From contig MCFE01000033.1 of NCBI GenBank assembly GCA_002104905.1, positions 1 to 64,000 on the forward strand: a stretch of DNA of 64,000 bases. Direction: 5' to 3'. Below the pieces are notes generated by a model, which made no database searches, was not told the origin of the DNA, and was given only the letters and a program-made list of their open reading frames with translations. The position numbers were made by a program, and so were the translations under genes. Positions within the stretch are counted from its first letter, which is position 1. Every line of letters begins with the position of its first letter. The DNA is from Basidiobolus meristosporus CBS 931.73. Lineage: Eukaryota; Fungi; Basidiobolomycota. Of this stretch, positions 51,665 to 62,795 are shown in pieces.

Positions 51665-52318
51665 CTATTCATTGGCTTCTAAGCTTTGCTTCGTAACAGC
51701 GTCGAGCAATACGTTTTTCTCCGTCTGCAAGCGTCGCAGTTTTTTCTTCATCAGTAGATACTCCTCACTCAAGCACTCGCTTTCCCTTTTGATGTATCTG
51801 TATTTGGCTTTCTCGAAGAGGTATTTTTCCGAATACGACTGATCATCCGCAGAGGACTCACTTTCCGAGGTTTCCTCGTGGTCGACCACCGCCTGTGGCT
51901 CTTCGACAAGCTCGTTTTCCAACTTGACGCCGGAGTGCCTTGTGTGCTTTGCCGACTTGTGTAAGGGCGAGGTGTCTTGTGTGTGTGGGTCTCGAACAGT
52001 GTCTCCGTGCTGCTGCTTGAAGTGCTTGGCTAGGGCATCAGAGCGAGTAAAGCTCTTATCGCACTCAGGAGCTGGACAATCGTAAGGCTTCTCCCCAGTG
52101 TGGCTTCGAAGATGAGAGATTAACGCGAAACGGGTGGTCTGTGGAAGACCTTTACGGGGACAATCGGTCCAATCGCACGAATACACCCCTTTCTTTCTAC
52201 CGATGTGATCTTCCGATAAATGGTACACCAAATCCTGTAATTGAGGAAAACTGAGAGAGCATCCTTCCCAACGGCATGAAAAGCTAGGCTCGGGGGCGGG
52301 TGGAGGTGAGTTGGACAT
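51665..52318 (-). CDS. GLI-type three-finger C2H2 protein with C-terminal coiled coil (INO80 subunit Iec1-like), intronless
   Basis: CRWEGC..HLSEDH, CDWTDC..HLRSHTGEKPY, CPAPEC..HFKQQH; C-terminal helix YSEKY..ESECLSEE..EKNVLLD. Confidence 0.8.
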   Translation of the reverse strand: MSNSPPPAPEPSFSCRWEGCSLSFPQLQDLVYHLSEDHIGRKKGVYSCDWTDCPRKGLPQTTRFALISHLRSHTGEKPYDCPAPECDKSFTRSDALAKHFKQQHGDTVRDPHTQDTSPLHKSAKHTRHSGVKLENELVEEPQAVVDHEETSESESSADDQSYSEKYLFEKAKYRYIKRESECLSEEYLLMKKKLRRLQTEKNVLLDAVTKQSLEANE

Positions 52319-52770
52319 ATGGAAGCTGTGTAGAGTAGGTTTGTGTGTATCCCAGTACTCTTAACGCAATCCACGCTCAGATAAATCGAAAATTTTGGAT
52401 CGCTTTATTTAACCATCAATATGCCATCCCTACATCTTCCCTAAACCATTCCTAAAATTGATATTCGAACACCATGCTTCTTGGCTCTAACCACATAGCA
52501 TAGTATTTTGACAGTGACCACCACCATTCGGCACGGGAAATCACCTGGGCCACGCTGCCATTGTTGCGATTTCATTGGCTCCTTCATGTCTTCCATAGGG
52601 AAATCAAAATCACACCCGATAAGAATCCCCTGTTTTTCTTTGGGAACGGGAAAATTTTGGCTCGGGTCTAGTGAAAATATGGTCTCGAATCAAGGGATAT
52701 TCTTTCTCTCTCTTTCACGAACTCTGTAGGTTGAAACTATTGAAGGTTTTACCTTTGTTCACCGTTCAAG

Positions 52771-52897
52771 GTACGGTATCCTGTAGAATGCCTATCAACC
52801 CGTAGCCCAGGAATAGGGAATAGAGAATGTTGAAACCTGTGTTGCGGAGATACCCTGTCCAAGTCGCTATTTGATTAACTGACTGATTTTTTTGCAG
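52771..52897 (+). other. Probable 5'-UTR intron ending immediately before the RPL21 ATG
   Basis: CAAG|GTACGG...TTAACTGACTGA(T7)GCAG|ATG. Confidence 0.7.
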
Positions 52898-53380
52898 ATG
52901 CCCCATTCCTTCGGTTACCGCGCTCGTACTCGCCACTTGTTCTCGCAGAAATTCCGTGAACATGGCCCTGTCAAGCTTTCGACCTATTTGAAGACCTACA
53001 AGGTTGGTGATATCGTTGACATCAAGGCCAACGCTTCCATCCAAAAGGGTATGCCCCACAAGTTCTACCACGGTAGAACCGGTATCGTTTACAACGTTAC
53101 CAAGACCTCCGTCGGTGTTATTGTCAACAAGCGTGTTGGAAACCGTTACATGGAAAAGCGTGTCAACATCCGTATTGAGCACATCAAGCACTCCAAGTGC
53201 CGTGATGACTTCTTGAGACGTGTCAAGGAGAACGCCTTGAAGAAGAAGGAAGCCAAGGAGAACGGACAAACCATTCACCTTAAGCGTTTGCCTGCTCAAC
53301 CCCGTGATGCTCGTCACGTCTCCACCAAGGATAATGCTCCCACCACCATCTATCCTATCGCCTACGAGACCCTTATTTAA
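52898..53380 (+). CDS. RPL21: 60S ribosomal protein L21 (eL21)
   Basis: MPHSFGYRARTRHLFS...GMPHKFYHGRTG...RIEHIKHSKCR; strongly biased codon usage. Confidence 0.98.
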   Translation: MPHSFGYRARTRHLFSQKFREHGPVKLSTYLKTYKVGDIVDIKANASIQKGMPHKFYHGRTGIVYNVTKTSVGVIVNKRVGNRYMEKRVNIRIEHIKHSKCRDDFLRRVKENALKKKEAKENGQTIHLKRLPAQPRDARHVSTKDNAPTTIYPIAYETLI

Positions 53381-53592
53381 GTCGGTTCATTCGTTATGAT
53401 ATATGTCTTGAAGAATCGTATATCAACATTGACAATAAACTGTTCAAAGAATTCAACAAAGTGACTATGATGCTCTGAGTATTGTGAGATGGGTCGGAAA
53501 AAAAATAAAAAAATGCTGATCACGTGCATGCGGGCTTCGATGTTCTTGAAATTGTTCGTTTCCGGGTGGCATCACTACACCTGCAAGTAACC

Positions 53593-54622
53593 ATGACAGG
53601 TACGCATCAATGGGAAGAGCTGTTTCGCGGGTCGAGTACTTACCGTTTCGTTGAAAAGGACCGCAAGTAGTAGTTTTCGAAGACCCAAGTCGTAAAAGCG
53701 CTGGTTCTGGGGGTACCAAGCAAGATTGGAAATCTTTTATGGTCAGTTGAAGGTCCAGCGAAGGTTTCGAATATGTCACGCAGTCGTCGTAACCTTTTCT
53801 CGCTTGTACAGTCCTCAAAGATCTCCAAGATCAACGAGAAGCCGCCCCCACCAAAAACCAAAAAGGAGCAGTTAGAGGAGGAGTAAGTTGTCAGAGCCCG
53901 GTATGGCGCAAGCTACGGATGGCATTTAACCGGGGCTTCTTCTTTAGTGAAGATATGGCGAATGATAAAGCATTGAAAGAGCTTCTCGATTCCTCGAACC
54001 TCATTGAGAAACTGAGTAAGTACCGGGCTATTGTTTTTTTTCGGAACTTGTTCTTAACTCTATCCCTTCCTACAGCTACTGAGGATCTGTCAGGAAAGGA
54101 TCGACGTAAATATATGCAGCAAAAGCTGGTTGAGCTAGGGGGAAAGGTAAGTTGTGGGGAGATAGGCCAAGGCAGTGTATAACAGTCAACTGAATCCCCG
54201 CCTTTGCTATTTAGCCTGCAAAGCAACCCAAAGTTCCTCTAGGTATTCACATTGGTATGCAAGCGAAACAGAAATCACGAGCAGCCAAGGCACTCAAAGA
54301 TGTAAGTGGACTCGTTGAGATGTCCGAATTTTGTGCATATCCGCTAAAACATTTTTCTTAGGCCAAGGAGCAAGGAATGTTCCACGACTCCATCAAGCAT
54401 CAATTCGATGCCCTTAAGAAGGAGAAAGACAAAGGATTCCGCCAAGATCGAGGAATCAAAGGCTCTATCGGTAAATACAAGGACGGTGTTCTCCATATTA
54501 GCAATAAGGACATTAAGCGGATAGAGAACTCCGGCAAAGTACAAAAGCGCGGCGGCGGCAGGGGAGGTCGCGGCGGCAGAGGGGGCCGAGGTGGCCGAGG
54601 TGGCGGTAGAGGTCGTAGATGA
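53593..54622 (+). CDS. FAF1: Faf1/C1orf131-like 40S biogenesis protein with RGG tail, multi-exon
   Basis: PQVVVFED, KSFM|SSK, DKALKELL, PKVPLGIHIGM, RGIKGSIGKYKDGVLHIS; tiny first exon (ATG ACA G) inferred. Confidence 0.72.
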
Positions 54623-54710
54623 TAAAAGATATCCGTGTACTATATGAAATCAATTGGTTTGTTCCCTCGATTAATAAAAGCAGTAAAATCATTTATTTGT
54701 TGTTGAAGGC

Positions 54711-55468
54711 TTAGATAGCGTCGGTGAGCAACTTATTCAATTTGGCAACCTTGGCTGCAACGGACAAATCGATGGTTTTATCCCCAAATTCGATGATGAG
54801 GCCACCCAGGATCGTTGGATTGACTTTGTTTTGAATGGTAAGCTTGCTGTTGCCAGCAAGCGTACCCTTGGCCAAGGATTCCTTGATTTGTCTCAACTGT
54901 ACCGGTTTAAGATCGACAGCCGAAGTGACAGTCACCAGAACTTCTCCACGTTGCGCCATCATAAGTGAGCGATAGGCACTGATGATCTTGGTGGTTTCAT
55001 TAAGTCGTCCGTTGTCGGCCAAAAGTTCGAATAGGTTTCTCGTGACCTCGGAGTATTTATATTCCTTGAAGAGAAGTTCGAGTCCGGCCTTCTTCTGGTC
55101 ACGACTCAAGGTAGGATTCTCGAGGAAGAATTGGATTTTTGGATTCTTTTCGATAAAACCGCCAATGCGGGTCATTTCCCCCTCTACTGCTTCCAGCTTA
55201 TTCTTTTTTGCTGCGGCGGTGAAAAGGGCAGTTGCGTAGCGACCATCAATACCGAAAAGTGTCAAAGGGACCTGACATGTCCCACCGGGTGAGTTAGCTA
55301 AGGTGCAGAAACAAGTGAGGCAACCAACAATCATACTTGAACTTTTGTTGAGGTGGCATATGTGCGAACGGAGCGCTGTCAAGGAAACACTGAGTAGGGG
55401 AGTAGGGAGATTCAACAAATGAGGAGAGTACTTACCAAAGAGCCTGCGACAACTCTAGTGAGGAGCAT
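54711..55468 (-). CDS. ATP5: Mitochondrial ATP synthase OSCP (subunit 5), 3 exons
   Basis: Presequence MLLTRVVAGSL|RSVRTYA, VPLTLFGIDGRYATALF, VNPTILGGLIIEFGDKTIDLSV. Confidence 0.96.
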
Positions 55469-55950
55469 AGTCAGTGTGTGCAGCAGAGGACAATGTAGCA
55501 GCAAGATAGTTCGCTGACCCTCCACCCACACCTGACCACCAATACCTGACCCCAAAAATTGATCTGCCCCTGCCCCATATGGTTATGCTACTGGGCATAC
55601 ACGACTGGATGCTAATGAGTATTCATTTACGCGACGGATGGCGTTCAACATCACATCTACCAAACAGGATAGCACCTCCGAGGGTGAGGCAGTAGCCTAG
55701 GGACTCTAGACTAATACTGAAGGGGGCTTATGCACAGGATGGTGCTTCATTACTACTTATACTGCTGATTTGTTCACTAGTAAAATAAACCAACCAATAA
55801 GCACTGCCGGAATAATTAAATGTATTTAATCTCCGGCTGAAAGTCATCGGAAAAGTCGTCGTCCAGACTTAATATAATTAGATTCGTGCCAGCTCGAAAC
55901 CATCCATATAGACTGGTTGCGACTTGTCTAGTGACAGATTTCGTTGAACA

Positions 55951-58086
55951 ATGTTACCTTTCGTATACTCCCTAGTTCGCTTCTTTATCAGACTTATATT
56001 CCTATTCTTCTTCAGAGAATACGGGAGCTTTGGAACTGAAAACGTCCCTGTGGATAAGCAGGAGCCCGTACTTCTATTAGCTGGCCCTCATGGAAACTAC
56101 CTTTTGGATATTTTTTCCCTGATTGGCACCTGTCCGAGATTCATATCTTTTCTCAGCTCCATTTCAGTGATGGAAATTCCCCTCTTCGGTTCCATTGCTA
56201 AGGCCATCGGAACAATCCCGGTCACGAGGTGATATATTGGACTGTCAAGTTTGGTTCTTACACTCTACTAATTCCTTTGCTAGACCTCAAGATGCACAGA
56301 GAATCGAAGGAGAGGGGCTCGTCACAATTAGCGAGGATCTCTTGGAGGTTCATGGCAATTCTATTGGACAGCAGGTTCAAGTAGGAGATACACTCTACGT
56401 TACCATTGAAGATAGGACTATCCCCAAGCAATACTTCGGGGTAGTAAGCAGTGTAGCCTCACTTTCTTGTGTCATGATTCAAGAGCCCGGTATGAAGGTG
56501 ATTGATCCTCTCCTAGCCGGAGCTATAAAGAACAAAAAAGCCCTCAAAAGTAGAAAAATTGTGCGATATGGAAGTATCAATATACGCCTACAAGATGGAA
56601 TGACCGAGGAGGATTTGAAGAATCTTGGTTTGCCAGCAGATGAAAACATGCAAAAATTTGTAAGCACCTATCTCAAGACTAATTCCAAGCCTCATCCTAC
56701 CGATGATCAACCTGCTCAGCTTACTGACGAGATAGTGGACTCTGTGGAATCACCATTGTCTGGCAGCTTCAGCTTCTCTCACCCGCTGATACAGTCTGGC
56801 TTATACAGCACTGTGTGGGATACTTTCTCCTCAGCCGACCCCCGCACGAATAAGTGTCTAGCTATTTTCCCAGAAGGTGTGTCAACCGACTATACGCACC
56901 TCAACCCATTGAAGTATGGATGTACTGTTATGAGTCTGGGCTACCTAGCGAGAAACCCCGGTGCTACGCTCACCGTCGTACCTTGCGGAATCTATTTTGG
57001 GAACAGGCACAAGTTTCGCTCTGATTGCTATGTAGAGTATGGAAACCCTTTGAGAATTCGTCCCCAATGGGTTACGATGTACGCGCAGGGTGGCGAGGCC
57101 AAAAGACAAGGTATTCTCCCTCATTCATACTCATAGGCCATGGACATGCTCATGCTCATCAAATGTCTCTTCACAGCGAGCCAGGAATTTCTACAAGAGA
57201 TCCAGAATTCCCTGGAGACGCTTGTTCTCAATGCTGCCGACGAGGAAACATTGCGAGTTTATCAGACCACAAGAAGATTGTATCAGCAAAAATATGAACT
57301 CAGTGGTCAAAAGCTGACTGTCACGGAGAAACTCCAGCTAACTAGGAGGATTGCTCAGGTACTTTCATATGGTCCATATAGCCTGTTCATCAGTGTTAAT
57401 GCTTGTTGCAGGGATACCAAGCTCTTTGTAATGCTGACGGTGTTCGGCTGCTCGACACTGACCTCTCTCGCCGACTTCTTGTATACGCTAATCGCATATA
57501 CCGTCATGGACTTATTGATTCACAAGTGGTTCACATCAGAACCAGCATCTCTTTCTCCGTATTGCTTCGCCTTCTGGCCAATACACTTGAATTGCTGCTA
57601 GTCGGGATGCTGATATTCCCAGGGGCCCTGTTGTTTGGGTGGATCGGAATCTTGGCAAGATGGGTGGGTAACAAACAAGGGAAGTCAGCCATGTTGTACT
57701 ATGACCAAGCTTTACCAGTTACCAGATGGCCAGGCCGTGATCTGATTGCTACATGGAAGATCATCATATGCATCTTCTTCTTTCCCTTGATGTGTTGTCT
57801 TTACTCGGTTGGCTTGTATTATCTTCTCCAAGCCCACAGAATCCCCCTGGGACTCAACGACACCCATATTCTGTGGGCTGTCGCTGGCGTGTGTGTCGTA
57901 GGATTCCCAGTAGCCACATACTTCACCATTCGCTTTGGGGAGGTGTTTGTGCTTATTGGCAGAAGAGTAGTCTCCCACTACTGGTCTCTTAGAGGGTGGG
58001 GAAAGGATCTGGTCAGCCTCAGAGAAGAGCTCCGACACGAAGTGTGTGATTTGGTAGAGAACCAGATGAAGCTTGGGTTTCTCTAA
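55951..58086 (+). CDS. Glycerol-3-phosphate/DHAP O-acyltransferase (Gpt2/Sct1 family), 4 exons
   Basis: GPHGNYLLD (H-x5-D), IPVTRPQD, IFPEGVS, VPCGIYF..RHKFRS..VEYG, C-terminal TM helices and GRDLIATWK. Confidence 0.88.
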
Positions 58087-58221
58087 CCAACGATACTCCT
58101 ATTTATTATTAATTTAATTAACCTTTAGAGTTGTGTTGTTCAATCAGTTATCAAAAAAAGCAATAAACTGATGTTTTGGAAACAAGTGAACAAAGGATGG
58201 ATGTTGTTTGGCAGGATTTTA

Positions 58222-59606
58222 TTACGAACAATGGCTCTGTGCTGGGGGAGGAATTGACAAGTCAGGCCTGGGCAGACTGGGGTTGTCAAATGGAGTTGGG
58301 AAGTCCTTGCCCATTTCCCTCAGCTGTCTGACGGTTGAGGCGCGCTTATCTAGTGCGTTGGGCGAAAGAAAAGATTCGAGGGAATTCAGGCTCTGAACAA
58401 ATCTAGCGTTCTCAAGCTCGTATTCTCGAACCCTCTCTTCTGAGCCATGGTGCATTTGGATATAATCTGAAGGAATCGGGTATGGGATACGAATCTTCTG
58501 GCGATTTAGTCGATCGTCGGGATTGGGTCCACCAAATAATTGGGAATAGTCCGGGAGACCGCCTGTGGGAAGTTTGATGGCGCTTGTGTCAAGCAGACTG
58601 CTCTTGGGAGCGGTTGAATTGAAACTGGGCGTTGGGCTGTATATATAGCAATAGCCTTTGCTTGTGGTATCGAACTGCCCATCAACACGAATGTCAAAAG
58701 GGGGCAATCGATCACACTCCTTGCTAGGGTTCCCGTCGGCTCTGTTAGTTCCTGTGTATGTACGAGCCAGCTGAGGATGCTTTTTCTGCCATTGGGTCCA
58801 TATATTATCCACGAATGCATGATGCAGGAAGAAGATTGGGCTATTAAGGCAAACGTTAGTGCGATTCAACCGAAGAAAATTCCGTTGGTTGGAACCTACT
58901 CGTTGGGACTAATGAGGACAGCCATATCCCCGCCAATACCTCGATGAACTGCCGCATGCGGGCCGTTCTCAATCGTATCTCGAAACTTGTCGTAGTCCTC
59001 AATGGTATTAATCATGTTGCTTACCGACTCGGAGGAGTAGATGGCCAGAATCTTATCTCCGCCGTTGAATTGCCGCCGTAAGCAATGGTCATTAGAAACA
59101 CTGGCCCTCCAGTTAGCAAAGGGGCCGTCAACCACGCATTGTAAAGGGCCTCGTCCATTCCCGCCAAACCATTTGAGAACCTCACTCTCTTCAGGAGCCT
59201 GCGAGTCTATTGTCCAATCCTGTGCAAAATCATTGGTAAACATCACGAGAATCTAGGCACTTCTGTAGTTGAAGCATACCCAATACGGCAGCACAACCGA
59301 AGGGTTGATCTTTTGTAATGCATTCTCAAAGAGTCTAATATAATATCGATGCCAAGGAAAGAAACCGGGCGTGATATGGGCAAATGGAGCATAGTCGTTG
59401 TGCATAGGAGAGAATTTCTCGTACTCCCCGCTCGCTTTGAGCTGATTGATGGCATCTATGAAAGCATTACGCTCGTTCTCAGAGAGCTGACGGATTTCCT
59501 TTCTGACCACAATCGTTGAGCATTGGTTGTTAGGTTGCGGTGGCACTGGTGCGGTGAAGATTGGGGCTACTAGCAAAAATAAGCAATAGATGCTCTTGAG
59601 TACCAT
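58222..59606 (-). CDS. Secreted tyrosinase-like type-3 di-copper protein, 3 exons
   Basis: Signal peptide MVLKSIYCLFLLVAPIFTA; RKEIRQLS; CuA His in MH..AH..FFPWHR; CuB HAAVH...SPND|PIFFLHHAFVD; all six His present. Confidence 0.9.
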
Positions 59607-60134
59607 GATAAATTTCTACAAATATGTTGGGTTGACGTTTCCCTGTCGTTTTATTTGGATGGCTTTGAGGGGTTAATGCTAGACCTGCTTATGCCCCTTT
59701 CAAAGTTTAATTAGGCATTAGATCATCACCAGTAGCTGGGCTGCAGTGGATGCACCGTATGCAAGAACAACCCAAGATACGGTTACGGTACAAATCGCAC
59801 CTGGCTGGAACGATGCATGTGTAGTAAGGATCTTTGCATCGCCAGGACCCTCCTTTTCATTTCACCTGATGTAGAATCTATCAGGTCGCGATACGCTAAA
59901 CAACCCACTGCCCACCGTTACCAGCGCACATGGCACGACTCTATTTCGGAAATTATCCTTGATACGATGTTTGGAGGAGATTGAAACGCGCTGAAGGGAT
60001 GTAAGATAAACTACCAACCAACAGGACAAAACTGACCATGAAACAATGACTTTTGATGTCACGTATTTATACGATCCCTCCAGAGCCTAGCCACCTCGCT
60101 CGCACCTCAAGGCATTAATCATCTGGACTGAGAA

Positions 60135-61163
60135 ATGGCAAGTTTTCAATTAGCAAGAGGGATTCTCTTCACCTTGTCGATCTCGTGGTTTGCATGGGGT
60201 AGTCCGTTCTACAACATCGATCCTGCTATTTCACTCAAGGCCAAGCCTGTCATTAATTTCAGTCCAGATATCAGTCCGGAATTCAAAGGACTCTGTGTTC
60301 TTGCTTTTGAGTGCGAGCGAATCCACCGTCCAGTGACAAATCCGTGGATCCCTGGGTATTCTAGCCTTGAAAATGCTGTCAATTTCCTCGCTTCACGCTT
60401 AGCGCCCCCATATCGCGGAGCAATCTACCCACCACCACCACCGTATTTTCCCGGCCAAGACCTTCCAGGCTCCAACCCCCAGATACAACCCTATCAACCA
60501 ATATTGGATCAGGGCCCGCCAGCTGGACCCCCAGGCATTTCCCCTGGCATATCCCCTCTATCGTTGGGTGATGTATCAAATCTCCTCCCAGTGATCCAGA
60601 GACTACTAGCACAGAACCCAGGGCTAGCTCGATCACTCCCCTCGATAGCCGGGGGCGAAAGCAATGCCCCTCCATCGTTGGGCGATTTGTCAAATCGCCT
60701 CCCAGAGATGCAGAGACTACTAGCACAGAACCCAGGGCTATTTCGATCATTCCCCCCAACAGCCGGAGGCGAAAGCAATGCCCCTCCATCGTTGGATGAT
60801 TTATCAAATCTCCTCCCAGAGATCCAGAGACTACTAGCACAGAACCCAGGGCTATTTCGATTATTCCCCTCAATAGCCGGAGGAGGTGAAGGCAACGAGA
60901 GTGACCTTTCAAGTTTACTGGACCTCTTGAAACGCCCTCAAAACGGGGAGCCGAAGTTTAGGAATTTGCTAAAGAATCCGGATTCAGGGCTAGGTGCAGG
61001 GCTAGGCAATAGCGACCCGGCAAACTTCTTAGAGGGTCTGGTTGATAATCCAGAGTTCATAGATCTCCTCAAGAATCTAGATAAGGGACCTGACGAGAAA
61101 AAGGCGCCAGTTAGTGCGAAACAGGCTCTCCCCGATAATAAGAATAGCACCAAGTCACGATAA
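60135..61163 (+). CDS. Secreted protein of unknown family with three 38-aa tandem repeats, intronless
   Basis: Signal-peptide-like N-terminus ending AWG-SP, Pro-rich linker, repeats containing LPEIQRLLAQNPGL; 342-aa ORF. Confidence 0.8.
   Translation: MASFQLARGILFTLSISWFAWGSPFYNIDPAISLKAKPVINFSPDISPEFKGLCVLAFECERIHRPVTNPWIPGYSSLENAVNFLASRLAPPYRGAIYPPPPPYFPGQDLPGSNPQIQPYQPILDQGPPAGPPGISPGISPLSLGDVSNLLPVIQRLLAQNPGLARSLPSIAGGESNAPPSLGDLSNRLPEMQRLLAQNPGLFRSFPPTAGGESNAPPSLDDLSNLLPEIQRLLAQNPGLFRLFPSIAGGGEGNESDLSSLLDLLKRPQNGEPKFRNLLKNPDSGLGAGLGNSDPANFLEGLVDNPEFIDLLKNLDKGPDEKKAPVSAKQALPDNKNSTKSR
60561..60890 (+). repeat. 114-bp coding tandem repeat, about 3 copies
   Basis: Units start at 60561, 60675 and 60789 and share CAGAGACTACTAGCACAGAACCCAGGGCTA. 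Confidence 0.95.
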
Positions 61164-61164
61164 G

Positions 61165-61196
61165 GGCCATACATACGGCCATACATACGGCCATAC
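61165..61196 (+). repeat. 12-bp tandem repeat (GGCCATACATAC x2.7) directly after the stop codon
   Basis: Visible directly in the sequence. Confidence 0.85.
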
Positions 61197-61481
61197 CTCT
61201 GGTTCGATTGACCAAATTTTGGAATTTCCATTTATTAATACTAAAATAAAAATCATGGTTAATTGATGGTTAGAAATCAGAAGATGATTGGATTAAACGA
61301 ATTACTAAACTCAGTTAAAGTGTCCTTGATACTCATCCCCACCCCCCCTCGCTATTCCAACCAGAGTCCATCATCATTGGACCAAATCGTCATCGAAACA
61401 ACTCCCATTTTTAACAAACCACTTCGTTTCTGCTTTTTTGTCACTTATTCCTTTTGTTTTCCACCTCACTAACTCTTTTGA

Positions 61482-62162
<681 letters not shown>

Positions 62163-62486
62163 GTGAAACACCCAATTTCATCTAACAAGATTTTCGAGCC
62201 ATTCGTTCGTCTTTTTGTACGTGAGTGAAGTTTATATGAAAATTGACATTTTGTTAGAATTTTTCTTTTAATTAAACCGACAATTATATCATAAACATTT
62301 TCGCCGATTGTTCCTTTAGTGGAGGACTTGAAAATAATTGAAGAACTGTCGTAGACGAACTTAATCAAATCGACTGACAACTTCCATCAAAATTAACAGT
62401 TGCTTAAAATATTTGAATTTAAGTCTGGATTTTAGATTTTTGTTTGTATTTGAAAATGTGAATGTATATTGGTACATACAATGTGG

Positions 62487-62760
62487 GTATATACACCGCA
62501 TGGTTATTCCCAACCGTCAAGGTGACATAGTCACCTGGTCAAAAGACCTACGGAAAGACATAGAATATACGGTGCTCTCATTCCATCGTCGAACTCCACC
62601 CCAAGGGGCTTCGCTCAAGACAACAGACGAGTTCTCTCAATGATGTGCCGGATAGAATTATACACCACAAGGGCGACGATTCGCGAAGGATTCGTCTGGG
62701 TGCTTCGTAGTACCGATCGAAAGGGCAACTTGCAGAGCAAGCTCCACGATCCACATCAAC
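62487..62760 (-). ncRNA. snR30: snR30/U17-type box H/ACA snoRNA (18S rRNA processing)
   Basis: Minus strand: 5' stem TGATGTG (62758-62752) pairs with CACATCA (62647-62641); H box AGAGAA (62637-62632); internal hairpin; 3' hairpin CACCGT/GCGGTG enclosing m1-like ATATTCTA (62568-62561) and m2-like TAACCAT (62506-62500); ATA box exactly 7 nt after m2, then 3 nt. Confidence 0.8.
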
Positions 62761-62787
62761 TGAGGGTGGAAGTGGATCGCTCCGATG

Positions 62788-62795
62788 TATTTATA
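62788..62795 (-). promoter_or_regulatory. TATA box (TATAAATA) about 28 nt upstream of the predicted snR30 5' end
   Basis: The plus strand reads TATTTATA; spacing fits a Pol II snoRNA promoter. Confidence 0.55.

Noticed and set aside
52766-53317. 183-aa antisense ORF over RPL21 and similar long antisense ORFs over DPH5, ARF1, ERV29 and the repeat gene
   Set aside because: Shadow ORFs produced by strong codon bias or repeats on the coding strand.
46956-59606. Secondary-metabolite or glycogen/melanin biosynthetic cluster
   Set aside because: No PKS, NRPS or terpene core gene and no linked pathway enzymes in the window.
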